Source of the DNA: Prevotellaceae bacterium | GTDB taxonomy: Bacteria; Bacteroidota; Bacteroidia; Bacteroidales; Bacteroidaceae | Assembly: GCA_021204165.1 (NCBI GenBank) | Contig: JAJPZU010000112.1 | Span: 1-11,574, forward strand | Direction: 5' to 3' | DNA length: 11,574 nucleotides | Shown here: in pieces, positions 1 through 7,580 of the stretch | Layout of the letters: every line of letters begins with the position of its first letter | Position numbering within the stretch: the stretch's first letter is position 1 | Program-made: the position numbers and the translations under genes | The notes under the pieces: model-generated | Database searches by the model: none | What the model saw: the letters and a program-made list of their open reading frames with translations, nothing else | Told to the model about the DNA's origin: nothing

Positions 1-10
1 AAGTTAGGGG

Positions 11-135
11 AGGTGGCGCGTAGCGACGGAGGAGTCTGTCGAAAACACCCACCAACTACACACGAGGAGTCTGCTGAAAACATCCCGCTAAATATACATG
101 AGTAGTCTGTAAATACACTCACTTAAACAAGAAGC
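11..135. repeat. Left terminal inverted-repeat arm. Core TIR 11..46 matches the reverse complement of 11538..11574 (36/37 with a single 1-nt indel). Three sub-terminal motif copies GAGGAGTCTG at 29..38, 64..73 and 100..109 (third is GAGTAGTCTG), spaced 35-36 bp.
   Basis: Direct alignment of positions 11..46 (aggtggcgcgtagcgacggaggagtctgtcgaaaac) with the reverse complement of 11538..11574 (aggtggcgcggtagcgacggaggagtctgtcgaaaac). Extended units share the consensus ACACATGAGGAGTCTGYYGARAACAYCCC. Confidence 0.85.
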
Positions 136-226
136 ATAATATTCCCACACGGAAACAGAGGGAAAAGAATCAGGGACACCATCACGATGCCCCTGAAAAA
201 CACAATGATTTCCGACAAGTCATACA

Positions 227-1681
227 CTATAAAGGCATGTTGCCATGCTTCTTCGGCGGATTGCTCTGATTCTTGTTACGAGTCATCTCCAGTGCCTGAA
301 TAAGACGTATGCGGGTGTCACACGGCTGTATGATTTCATCAATATAGCCAAGCTGTGCAGCCGGCATAGGATTGGCAAATTTACGTCGGTATTCCTCTAT
401 CGCCGCCGCGCGCTCTTCCGGCGAAGCCTTTCGGTAGAGAATGTTACATGCACCTTCCGCTCCCATCACGGCAATCTCCGCAGTCGGATAAGCTAAATTC
501 ACATCCGCACCGATACATTTGCTGTTCATCACAATGTATGCCCCGCCATAAGCCTTGCGCGTGATGAGTGTGAGCTTCGGTACTGTGGCCTCAGCAAAAG
601 CATACACAATCTTAGCCCCATGACGGATGATGCCGTTGTGCTCCTGATCTGTTCCCGGAAGGAAGCCCGGAACATCCTCCACCGCCACGAGCGGAATATT
701 AAAGCAGTCGCAGAAACGGATAAAGCGGGCAGCCTTGTCGCTTGCGTCAATATCGAGCGCACCGGCAAGGAAGTTTGGCTGATTTGCCACAAAACCCACT
801 GTGCGGCCGGCAAGACGTCCGAATCCTACTACAATGTTCTTGGCAAACTCGGTCATCACCTCGAAGAAATACTGCTGGTCGCATACCGGTTCTATGATAT
901 TGCGTATGTCATACGGCACATTAGGGTCTTCCGGAACCACATTGTCCAGTTCATGGCACACGCGGGTTATCTCATCTGTCACCGGATAGACAGGGGCATC
1001 TTCCATATTATTGGAAGGGATGAATCCAATCAGTTCGCGGATGGTCATCAGAGTCTCTTCCTCATCGCGGCAGACGAAATGGCTCACACCGCTCACACTG
1101 CTATGCGTCATGGCACCTCCGAGTGTCTCCTTGTCAACCGCTTCATTCGTCACGGCACGAACCACGTCCGGACCGGTGACAAACATCTGGCTCTGTCCCT
1201 TCACCATGAGAATGAAATCTGTCAGTGCAGGAGAATAGCACGACCCTCCGGCGCAAGGCCCGAGTATGGCAGAAATCTGCGGAATCACTCCGGATGCCAT
1301 CACGTTTTGCCGGAAGATGTGTGCAAAACCGGTCAGACTTTCCACTCCTTCCTGTATGCGTACACCTCCGGAATCGTTCAGACCGATAATCGGTGCTCCG
1401 TTTTTAAGGGCAAGTTCCTGCACTTTCACAATCTTCTGCGCGTTTGCCGCACTGAGAGAACCTCCCAATACCGCAAAATCAAAAGCATAGACGAAGACAA
1501 TGCGTCCGTCAATCTTGCCGTATCCGGAAATCACACCGTCGCCCTCCACACGCTTCTTGTCCATGCCGAAGTCGTTGCAACGATGCACCACATGCTTGTC
1601 CATTTCCACAAATGTTCCTTTGTCAAGAAGCAAATCTATGCGCTCACGTGCTGTGAGTCTCTGTATCTTATTGTCATTCAT
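227..1681 (-). CDS. pccB: Acyl-CoA carboxylase carboxyltransferase subunit (propionyl-CoA carboxylase beta chain / methylmalonyl-CoA carboxyltransferase family), 484 aa
   Basis: Full-length ORF with the typical two-domain carboxyltransferase sequence. The C-terminus ...PPKKHGNMPL matches the conserved KHGNIPL tail of PccB/MmdA-type enzymes. Start overlaps the upstream BCCP gene by 8 nt (operon). Confidence 0.9.
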   Translation of the reverse strand: MNDNKIQRLTARERIDLLLDKGTFVEMDKHVVHRCNDFGMDKKRVEGDGVISGYGKIDGRIVFVYAFDFAVLGGSLSAANAQKIVKVQELALKNGAPIIGLNDSGGVRIQEGVESLTGFAHIFRQNVMASGVIPQISAILGPCAGGSCYSPALTDFILMVKGQSQMFVTGPDVVRAVTNEAVDKETLGGAMTHSSVSGVSHFVCRDEEETLMTIRELIGFIPSNNMEDAPVYPVTDEITRVCHELDNVVPEDPNVPYDIRNIIEPVCDQQYFFEVMTEFAKNIVVGFGRLAGRTVGFVANQPNFLAGALDIDASDKAARFIRFCDCFNIPLVAVEDVPGFLPGTDQEHNGIIRHGAKIVYAFAEATVPKLTLITRKAYGGAYIVMNSKCIGADVNLAYPTAEIAVMGAEGACNILYRKASPEERAAAIEEYRRKFANPMPAAQLGYIDEIIQPCDTRIRLIQALEMTRNKNQSNPPKKHGNMPL

Positions 1682-2192
1682 TGTTTTCGTTCAGTTTTAA
1701 TGTTATCAATGTCTGTCCGACCTTCACACTGTCGCCTTCTGCCACAAGCACAGAAAGCACCTCGCAATCAGCCGCGACCTTATAGTTCGACTGCATCTTC
1801 ATAGCCTCCATAGTCAGTACCGTGTCTCCGGCCTTCAGCTTGTCGCCCTGCTTGCAATACGCTTTTACTATCTTGCACGGCATCGGCGCCGTCACCTGAT
1901 CGCTCTGCACGGCATCCGTCTTTTTCCGCATACGCATGTATTTTGCCTGCGAGTCCAACATGTCAATCTGGTAAGTCGAATAGTTGACATTCACGCGGTA
2001 ATGCTTTCCTGCATCGCTCTTCACCAGCTCTGCCTTGTACGAGTTTCCATTGTGAATAATCGAACATGTTCCGTTTTGCAACATGGCCACATCCACATCA
2101 TAAACTTGTCCGTCTATATCAATCTTCACGTTGTTTCCGTCTTTGCTCAACAGCGTGACATCTACAATCTTGTTTCCAACCTGAATATCCAT
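1674..2192 (-). CDS. Biotin carboxyl carrier / biotin-lipoyl attachment protein (172 aa) with an N-terminal extra domain
   Basis: C-terminal biotinyl domain with the biotinylation motif EAMKM (LTMEAMKMQSNY). Sits between the biotin carboxylase and carboxyltransferase genes, co-directional and overlapping the downstream gene. Confidence 0.85.
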   Translation of the reverse strand: MDIQVGNKIVDVTLLSKDGNNVKIDIDGQVYDVDVAMLQNGTCSIIHNGNSYKAELVKSDAGKHYRVNVNYSTYQIDMLDSQAKYMRMRKKTDAVQSDQVTAPMPCKIVKAYCKQGDKLKAGDTVLTMEAMKMQSNYKVAADCEVLSVLVAEGDSVKVGQTLITLKLNENNE

Positions 2193-2308
2193 TATAATCG
2201 TTTTTTAGTTTAAGTTCTGCCTGCACATCGTTCATGCGGCTTCAAAATTCCACGAAACCGGACACCATGCGGGCGGCAGGCAGATGGTTGTGCAATCTTA
2301 TCGTACCA

Positions 2309-3835
2309 TTATACTCTCAACACACCCTTCTGCAATCCGAATGTTCTCCAGCGATTGATGGCGGACTGTCCCTGTTTGCATTCAGCCGCCCCACCGGTAT
2401 TTTCCTCCAGATTCATAAGGTAGTCTATGTAGGCGGCAATCACCGCCATCTCTTCGCTCTCGTTCTTGAATCCCGGACGCGGACGCAGACGCTCCGCATT
2501 GCGCTCTATAAAATAGGTGTTGTAGTTTCCTTCACGGAAATCAGGCACATCAATGATGCGGCGCAAGTAGCGTATGTTCGTAGTCAGACCGACAATCTTA
2601 TATTCATACAGCACTCTCCTCATGCGCTCAATGGCATACTGTCTCTCCGTAGCCCAAACGATAAGCTTTCCAATCATCGGATCGTAATGTACGGGAATCT
2701 CATAGCCCTCATATACATAGCTGTCGATTCGGATACCAATGCCGTGAGGCTCTGTGAGCTGAACAATCGTTCCCGGCGAAGGCATGAAGTTATGCTCCGT
2801 ATCCTCCGCACAGATGCGGCACTCTATGGCATGTCCTCTTTGGCGGATATCCTCCTGACGGTAGCCCAGCGGTTGTCCGTCAGCAATAAGAATCTGCTGT
2901 TTCACAAGATCGACGCCGACAACTTCTTCCGTGATAGGATGCTCCACCTGAAGCCGGGTGTTCATTTCAAGGAAATAGAAATGATGGTGCTTATCCACAA
3001 GAAACTCAATGGTGCCGGCACCGATGTAGCCCACCGCTTTTGCCGCAGCCACCGCCTTCTCGCCCATTTCGCGGCGAAGAGTGTCATCAATAAACGGCGA
3101 CGGACTTTCTTCTACTATTTTCTGGTGACGACGCTGCACAGAACATTCGCGGTCGTAAAGATGGATGACATTGCCATGCTTGTCGCCAAGTATCTGAAAC
3201 TCTATGTGGTGAGGCTCCTCGACAAACTTTTCGATATAGACTGTATCATCGCCAAACGAAGCCATCGCCTCGTTCTTTGCCGCATTGTACATCTCTATCA
3301 CATCTTCTTCGCGTTCAATAAGTCTCATGCCTTTTCCGCCGCCACCCATAGAAGCCTTCAGCATCACGGGGAAGCCAATCTTTCGGCACACCTCCAAGGC
3401 TTCCTCGCCACTGCTCAATTGCTCCTGAGTTCCGGGCACAACGGGCACTCCCGCCTTTATCATCTGTATGCGGGCGGAAATCTTGTCGCCCATCAATTCC
3501 ATGGTTTCCGGCTTTGGACCGATGAAGATGATGCCTTCAGCTTCACAACGACGCGCAAACTCGGAATTTTCGGAAAGGAAACCGTATCCCGGGTGAATGG
3601 CATCCACTTTGTGCTTCTTTGCCGCCTCGATAATGTGGTCGATATTCAGGTAGCTGTCTGCCGACGACGCACCGCCGATACACTCTGCTTCGTTTGCAAA
3701 AACGACATGGCGCGACAGACGGTCGGCAGTGCTATAGACAGCCACAGAACGTATGCCCATTTCATAACAAGCACGCATCACCCGAATCGCAATCTCACCG
3801 CGATTGGCAACCAATACTTTTCTTATCATAAACAT
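2309..3835 (-). CDS. accC: Biotin carboxylase (ATP-grasp), acetyl/propionyl-CoA carboxylase biotin carboxylase subunit, 508 aa
   Basis: N-terminus VLVANRGEIAIRV, glycine-rich ATP loop MGGGGKGMRLI, and the signature EMNTRLQVEHPITE. Full-length. Confidence 0.93.
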   Translation of the reverse strand: MFMIRKVLVANRGEIAIRVMRACYEMGIRSVAVYSTADRLSRHVVFANEAECIGGASSADSYLNIDHIIEAAKKHKVDAIHPGYGFLSENSEFARRCEAEGIIFIGPKPETMELMGDKISARIQMIKAGVPVVPGTQEQLSSGEEALEVCRKIGFPVMLKASMGGGGKGMRLIEREEDVIEMYNAAKNEAMASFGDDTVYIEKFVEEPHHIEFQILGDKHGNVIHLYDRECSVQRRHQKIVEESPSPFIDDTLRREMGEKAVAAAKAVGYIGAGTIEFLVDKHHHFYFLEMNTRLQVEHPITEEVVGVDLVKQQILIADGQPLGYRQEDIRQRGHAIECRICAEDTEHNFMPSPGTIVQLTEPHGIGIRIDSYVYEGYEIPVHYDPMIGKLIVWATERQYAIERMRRVLYEYKIVGLTTNIRYLRRIIDVPDFREGNYNTYFIERNAERLRPRPGFKNESEEMAVIAAYIDYLMNLEENTGGAAECKQGQSAINRWRTFGLQKGVLRV

Positions 3836-4431
3836 CTATATTTGGTTATACACTTTCTTCCATCTCAAAACAAAATATAATACGATATCAGAAAGCACAC
3901 TCCGAGAACCGCATGACAAAGCGGACAACTCACGAAAGAATACATATCCCAAGAATACATGAATACACAAAAAACACCGATATTCCATCCCGGAATCTCA
4001 GCAAAACAGTATTCTCAGTATTTTTCCGGCAGCTCTTATTCCCGAGAGCGGCATCTGAACATCGGCATCGGCAGGTCTTCTGACTTCTCCATTGGCAGCA
4101 CGGCCTTCCCAACCACAATTATTTACAGCCTCACGGCAATAACAAAGGTCAGTGGCACAACATGATGATGTGTTGCCATAAAAAACAGGAGTTACAGCTA
4201 CGGGTATAGTTACAGACTCACACTGTATTCCCTCTTAGTCTGTCCGTCTTTCCTGAGTGCTTCTTCCTGAAGTCCGCCATTCCCGAAATCAGATTAGGCA
4301 AATTCCAGTCTCAACAAGCCTCAAATGAAGAGGACAAGAACCAAATGCGCGGCAAAAGTACACATAAAATCCGAATCCATGCACTTTTTACCATATTTTT
4401 ACTCCAAACATTCTATGAAACTCTTGTGTTT

Positions 4432-4512
4432 TCTCCGGTATTTCCCCTGTGCTTTTCCGGTATTTTCCCGGTGTTCTTCCTGTATTTTTCCTGTATTTTC
4501 CCGGTTTTTTCC
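4432..4512. repeat. Degenerate tandem direct repeat, about 3.5 copies of a ~22-24 bp unit (TTYYCCGGTATTTYCCCKGTGYT)
   Basis: Three units are ttctccggtatttcccctgtgc / ttttccggtattttcccggtgttc / ttcctgtatttttcctgtattttcccggtttttt. Lies immediately 3' (minus-strand sense) of the flotillin terminator, in the non-coding gap. Confidence 0.6.
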
Positions 4513-4558
4513 ATAAAAAAGCATGGGACATTCCGCTTCTTTCGGAAATGCCCCATGC
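4513..4558 (-). terminator. Rho-independent terminator of the flotillin gene
   Basis: On the minus strand: GCATGGGGCATTTCCG-aaagaa-GCGGAATGTCCCATGC, an imperfect ~15-bp stem, followed directly by TTTTTT (plus-strand A-tract 4515..4520). Begins 21 nt after the flotillin stop codon. Confidence 0.7.
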
Positions 4559-4578
4559 ACCGTTTCTCTTTAGTTTAT

Positions 4579-5955
4579 TCAGTCTTCTACTTCTTCCGCA
4601 TCCACAGCAGGCTCTTCTTTTTTCTTCGCCAGATACTCCGGCAAATTAAGCCCCGCCATATCGAAAAGTTCGTTAAGCGGCGGAACAGACTTCATCAGTC
4701 CGGACACGAAACCGGCTGTAGAGCCTTTTCCGTCTGCACCACCGGCACCATTGTCCCAAACAGTCACATGGTCAATGTTGATACCCTTGACAGCCTCAAC
4801 CTGAGTCTTGACAAGCTCAGGAAGCTTTTCGAGCAGCAACAGCATGTATGCCTTGTTGGCATCTCCTCCGGCAGCCTGAACCATCTTGTCATAACCGGCA
4901 GCCTGCTTCGTCAGCACTTCATACAAACCTTTTGCTTCTGCCTCCATCTTGGCATAAATGGCATCTGCTTCACCCTTTGCATTGACACGCACGCGCTCTG
5001 CTTCCGCCTCCGCTTCGATGATAAGTCGTCTCTTCTCAATCTCCTGCGGAACGAGTACGTTGGCTGTTTCCGTAGAGCGTTCACGTTCTGCACGCGCTTC
5101 CTCAGCCTCGCGTTCTGCCGCGTATGCTTCCTGCAATGCCTTTGCCTGCTGTACTTTTTCTGAGGCTGTGGCTTTACGCTGTGCCTCCGCTTCCTTCTCA
5201 CGGCGATAAGCCTCGGATGCAGCAATGGCAACCTTCGCTTCGTTCTCACCCTTTACGGCTTCCGCATTGGCTTCGGCTGTACGTATGCGGGTTTCTCTCA
5301 CCGCTTCCGCCTTACCGATTTCACCGACTTTATCTTGCTCTGCCACTCTCACTTTTGCCTCATTTATCGCTTTGGCAGCAGCTTCACGTCCGAGAGCCTC
5401 TATATATCCGCTCTCATCTTTTATATCGGTCACGTTCACATTTATCAGACGAAGACCAATCTTTTTCAGTTCCACTTCTACATTGGCAGAAATGCTCTCA
5501 AGAAACTTGTCACGGTCGTTGTTCAGTTCCTCAATACTCATCGTGGCAATTACCAGACGCAACTGTCCGAAAAGAATATCACGCGCCAGTTCCTGTATCT
5601 GTGCAGCACTAAGTCCGAGCAAACGTTCCGCAGCTGCATTCATGCAATCGTGGTCTGTAGATATACCCACAGTGAAGCGGCTTGGCACATCCACACGGAT
5701 GTTCTGTTTGCTGAGCGCATTTGTCAGATTCGCATCAATACTGATTGGTGTAAGGCTAAGATAAGCATAGTCTTCGATTATAGGCCATACGAAAGCACCG
5801 CCGCCATGCACGCAACGTGCCGACGTTTTGCTGCTTTTACTCCCATAAATCACCAAAATTTTGTCCGAAGGACACCGTCTGTAACGATTCACAATGGAAA
5901 CGAACAGCGCAATAGCCACTACAGCGGCAATTACAATAAGATACATAGATTCCAT
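4579..5955 (-). CDS. Flotillin-family SPFH/band-7 domain protein (YqiK/FloT-like), 458 aa
   Basis: N-terminal TM helix (YLIVIAAVVAIALFVSIV), then an SPFH domain, then a long Glu/Ala-rich coiled coil (AEQDKVGEIGKAEAVRETRIRTAEANAEAV...EAEAQRKA...EAEAEAERVRV). Sits downstream of an NfeD-like gene, the canonical yqiJ-yqiK / nfeD-floT arrangement. Confidence 0.88.
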   Translation of the reverse strand: MESMYLIVIAAVVAIALFVSIVNRYRRCPSDKILVIYGSKSSKTSARCVHGGGAFVWPIIEDYAYLSLTPISIDANLTNALSKQNIRVDVPSRFTVGISTDHDCMNAAAERLLGLSAAQIQELARDILFGQLRLVIATMSIEELNNDRDKFLESISANVEVELKKIGLRLINVNVTDIKDESGYIEALGREAAAKAINEAKVRVAEQDKVGEIGKAEAVRETRIRTAEANAEAVKGENEAKVAIAASEAYRREKEAEAQRKATASEKVQQAKALQEAYAAEREAEEARAERERSTETANVLVPQEIEKRRLIIEAEAEAERVRVNAKGEADAIYAKMEAEAKGLYEVLTKQAAGYDKMVQAAGGDANKAYMLLLLEKLPELVKTQVEAVKGINIDHVTVWDNGAGGADGKGSTAGFVSGLMKSVPPLNELFDMAGLNLPEYLAKKKEEPAVDAEEVED

Positions 5956-6050
5956 AATTAATTATTTTAATATCCAACTTTTCAAGATTACAAGACCGGT
6001 TGCCGCATGAAGTGCCCCCTGTCTGAAGAAAGTTTCAAATTCATCTCTCT

Positions 6051-6140
6051 TGGTCAAAAATTCTCATCCCTTTGGGTCAAAATTTTCATTCCTTTAGTCA
6101 AAAAAATCTCATCCCTTTGGGTCAAAGATTCTCTACCACC
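6051..6140. repeat. Four tandem ~22-23 bp direct repeats, consensus GGGTCAAAAATTCTCATCCCTTT
   Basis: Units at 6051..6073, 6074..6095, 6096..6118 and 6119..6140 (tggtcaaaaattctcatcccttt / gggtcaaaattttcattccttt / agtcaaaaaaatctcatcccttt / gggtcaaagattctctaccacc). The last unit overlaps the final codons and stop of the NfeD gene. The array fills the nfeD-flotillin intergenic space. Confidence 0.8.
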
Positions 6141-6700
6141 AGCATTTCTCCGCCGACAACATCAGTAATCCGCACCTTGCGCCCTGTGGTTATCGCCTCA
6201 CCCTCTGTAACCGCATCCAGTTCATGCACGGAACCGTTCACACTTATCTGCACTTTTCCTCTGCCGCTCTTCTTCTCCGGAATGCGCAGATAGACATCTG
6301 CCACACGTCCCTTGCAATATTCAATGCGGAAGGCGCCGTTTGCCTCCAGCTTCTTGGTCTGCTTGTAGATAAAGAAGAACATCCACACAAAAAACAAGCC
6401 TACGGCTGCTGCCACGAGTGCCAGCAACACAGCATTACCCATCAGCGAATGCAGACAGACACCTGCCCAGCCGAAGCCCACAAAGAAATTGACAAGGCTC
6501 CTTATAGAGAACAACGACAGTCCTCCTCCCAAATCCATTGTGTCTCCGGCATCAAAATCGACATCTATGTCGCTTGAATCCATTCCGAACAACGTAAGCA
6601 GAAGCTGTATTACAAACACAGCTGACCCGACAAGTGCACAAACCCAGAACACTTGCTGCATAGTTTCAAGTCCACTGAACCAAATTGAAAAACTCTCCAT
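6122..6700 (-). CDS. NfeD-family membrane protein (YqiJ-like partner of flotillin), 192 aa
   Basis: Several N-terminal TM helices, a short acidic loop (DSSDIDVDFDAGD) and a C-terminal OB-fold/beta-barrel segment (KGRVADVYLRIPEKKSGRGKVQISVNGSVHELDAV...VRITDVVGGEMLVVENL) typical of NfeD. Immediately upstream of the flotillin gene. Confidence 0.8.
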   Translation of the reverse strand: MESFSIWFSGLETMQQVFWVCALVGSAVFVIQLLLTLFGMDSSDIDVDFDAGDTMDLGGGLSLFSIRSLVNFFVGFGWAGVCLHSLMGNAVLLALVAAAVGLFFVWMFFFIYKQTKKLEANGAFRIEYCKGRVADVYLRIPEKKSGRGKVQISVNGSVHELDAVTEGEAITTGRKVRITDVVGGEMLVVENL

Positions 6701-6899
6701 ATTCTAATTAGTTTTACGGTTATATAAATCATATTCTGAAATGATATGTCCACCATCTATTTTACAAAGAGGGAACATCCTTAAAAAAAATAACATTACC
6801 AGACTGCATTTTTCATTAAACACTCTCCTTCTCACTGCATTTTCATAATTCATAAAAGACTCCGATTAATTATTTTAATGATAAATGCCAATCTTATAA

Positions 6900-7580
6900 T
6901 TACCATACATATTGCGATGGATATTTTACTTGCATGAAAGTGAAGCCATGCCCCATTACGCTATGGTGAGAAGTCGTCTGTGCTGTCATATTTGATACAA
7001 TACTGCCAAACACCTGCATATTTGCTCTTGCGTCACCGCGTGAAGCAAGAATGGGTGCATCAGGGACATCGTAATCGCGCCATGCAAATAAGCAGACCTT
7101 TTGGGGATATGTCAAGAGATTTACAGCTGTTGTAGATTCTTGAATCAAAACTTCTATCGATTTAAGCATTTGCTGTCTGGCTTTTGCCCGTTTCCCTTCC
7201 GGGTATTTTCCCGTATTAGGCTCAACATATTTTTCCTCATAACAACACAAGTCACAGAATACAACTTTTTCATGTACCATTCCTGTCTCTGTCATTAATA
7301 AATCACATCGGTCTTTAATATTGGCAGTAGTGCCTGCAAATTGTTCGATATACTTTTCAAAACGAACCACAGCAATTTCCTTGCCATTATTATTCACCTT
7401 CAGAACTTCTTTATTGCATTCATTACGGTAAGCCCTTTCAGGCAATTGCTGACATCGTATGCAACTCTTGGAGTCGGTTTCTGAGAAAGGTTCGCGTATT
7501 CTGTAGAGAGGCACTTCTACTTCTTGTGGATTTATGCCATAATGGAGCGGGAATGCCTTTTTAAGAAAAGATTCTATCAT
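6900..7580 (-). CDS. Uncharacterised 226-aa protein with a Cys cluster (CxxC...CxxCC), translationally coupled partner of the upstream AAA ATPase. Candidate effector of a two-gene defence module.
   Basis: Start ATG overlaps the ATPase stop (ATGA at 7577..7580). Residues CIRC (40-43) and FCDLCCY (~112-118) could form a Zn-ribbon. No family recognised from sequence alone. Confidence 0.55.
   Translation of the reverse strand: MIESFLKKAFPLHYGINPQEVEVPLYRIREPFSETDSKSCIRCQQLPERAYRNECNKEVLKVNNNGKEIAVVRFEKYIEQFAGTTANIKDRCDLLMTETGMVHEKVVFCDLCCYEEKYVEPNTGKYPEGKRAKARQQMLKSIEVLIQESTTAVNLLTYPQKVCLFAWRDYDVPDAPILASRGDARANMQVFGSIVSNMTAQTTSHHSVMGHGFTFMQVKYPSQYVW

Noticed and set aside
141-226. Possible terminator downstream of the carboxyltransferase gene (gggacaccatcacgatgcccc)
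   Set aside because: The stem is short and mismatched and no clear U-tract follows on the minus strand. Not convincing.
620-1804. 394-aa plus-strand ORF
   Set aside because: Antisense to the carboxyltransferase gene. Cys/His/Arg-rich translation typical of a non-coding frame.
2234-3880. 548-aa plus-strand ORF
   Set aside because: Entirely antisense to the strongly supported biotin carboxylase gene. Low-complexity, no recognisable motifs. A typical shadow ORF.
4345-5163. 272-aa plus-strand ORF and neighbouring small ORFs overlapping the pyrimidine-rich repeats
   Set aside because: Antisense to flotillin, or translation of the tandem-repeat DNA (FPVF... repeats). Not coding.
6051-6140. Possible CRISPR array
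   Set aside because: Units are 22-23 bp and directly abutting with no spacers. There are only four copies and no cas genes. This is a simple tandem repeat, not a CRISPR array.
6900-7580. Calling the 226-aa partner an HNH nuclease (PtuB)
   Set aside because: Only the CxxC pairs are present. The His-Asn-His spacing of HNH is not recognisable by eye, so the call is left as an uncharacterised Cys-cluster protein.
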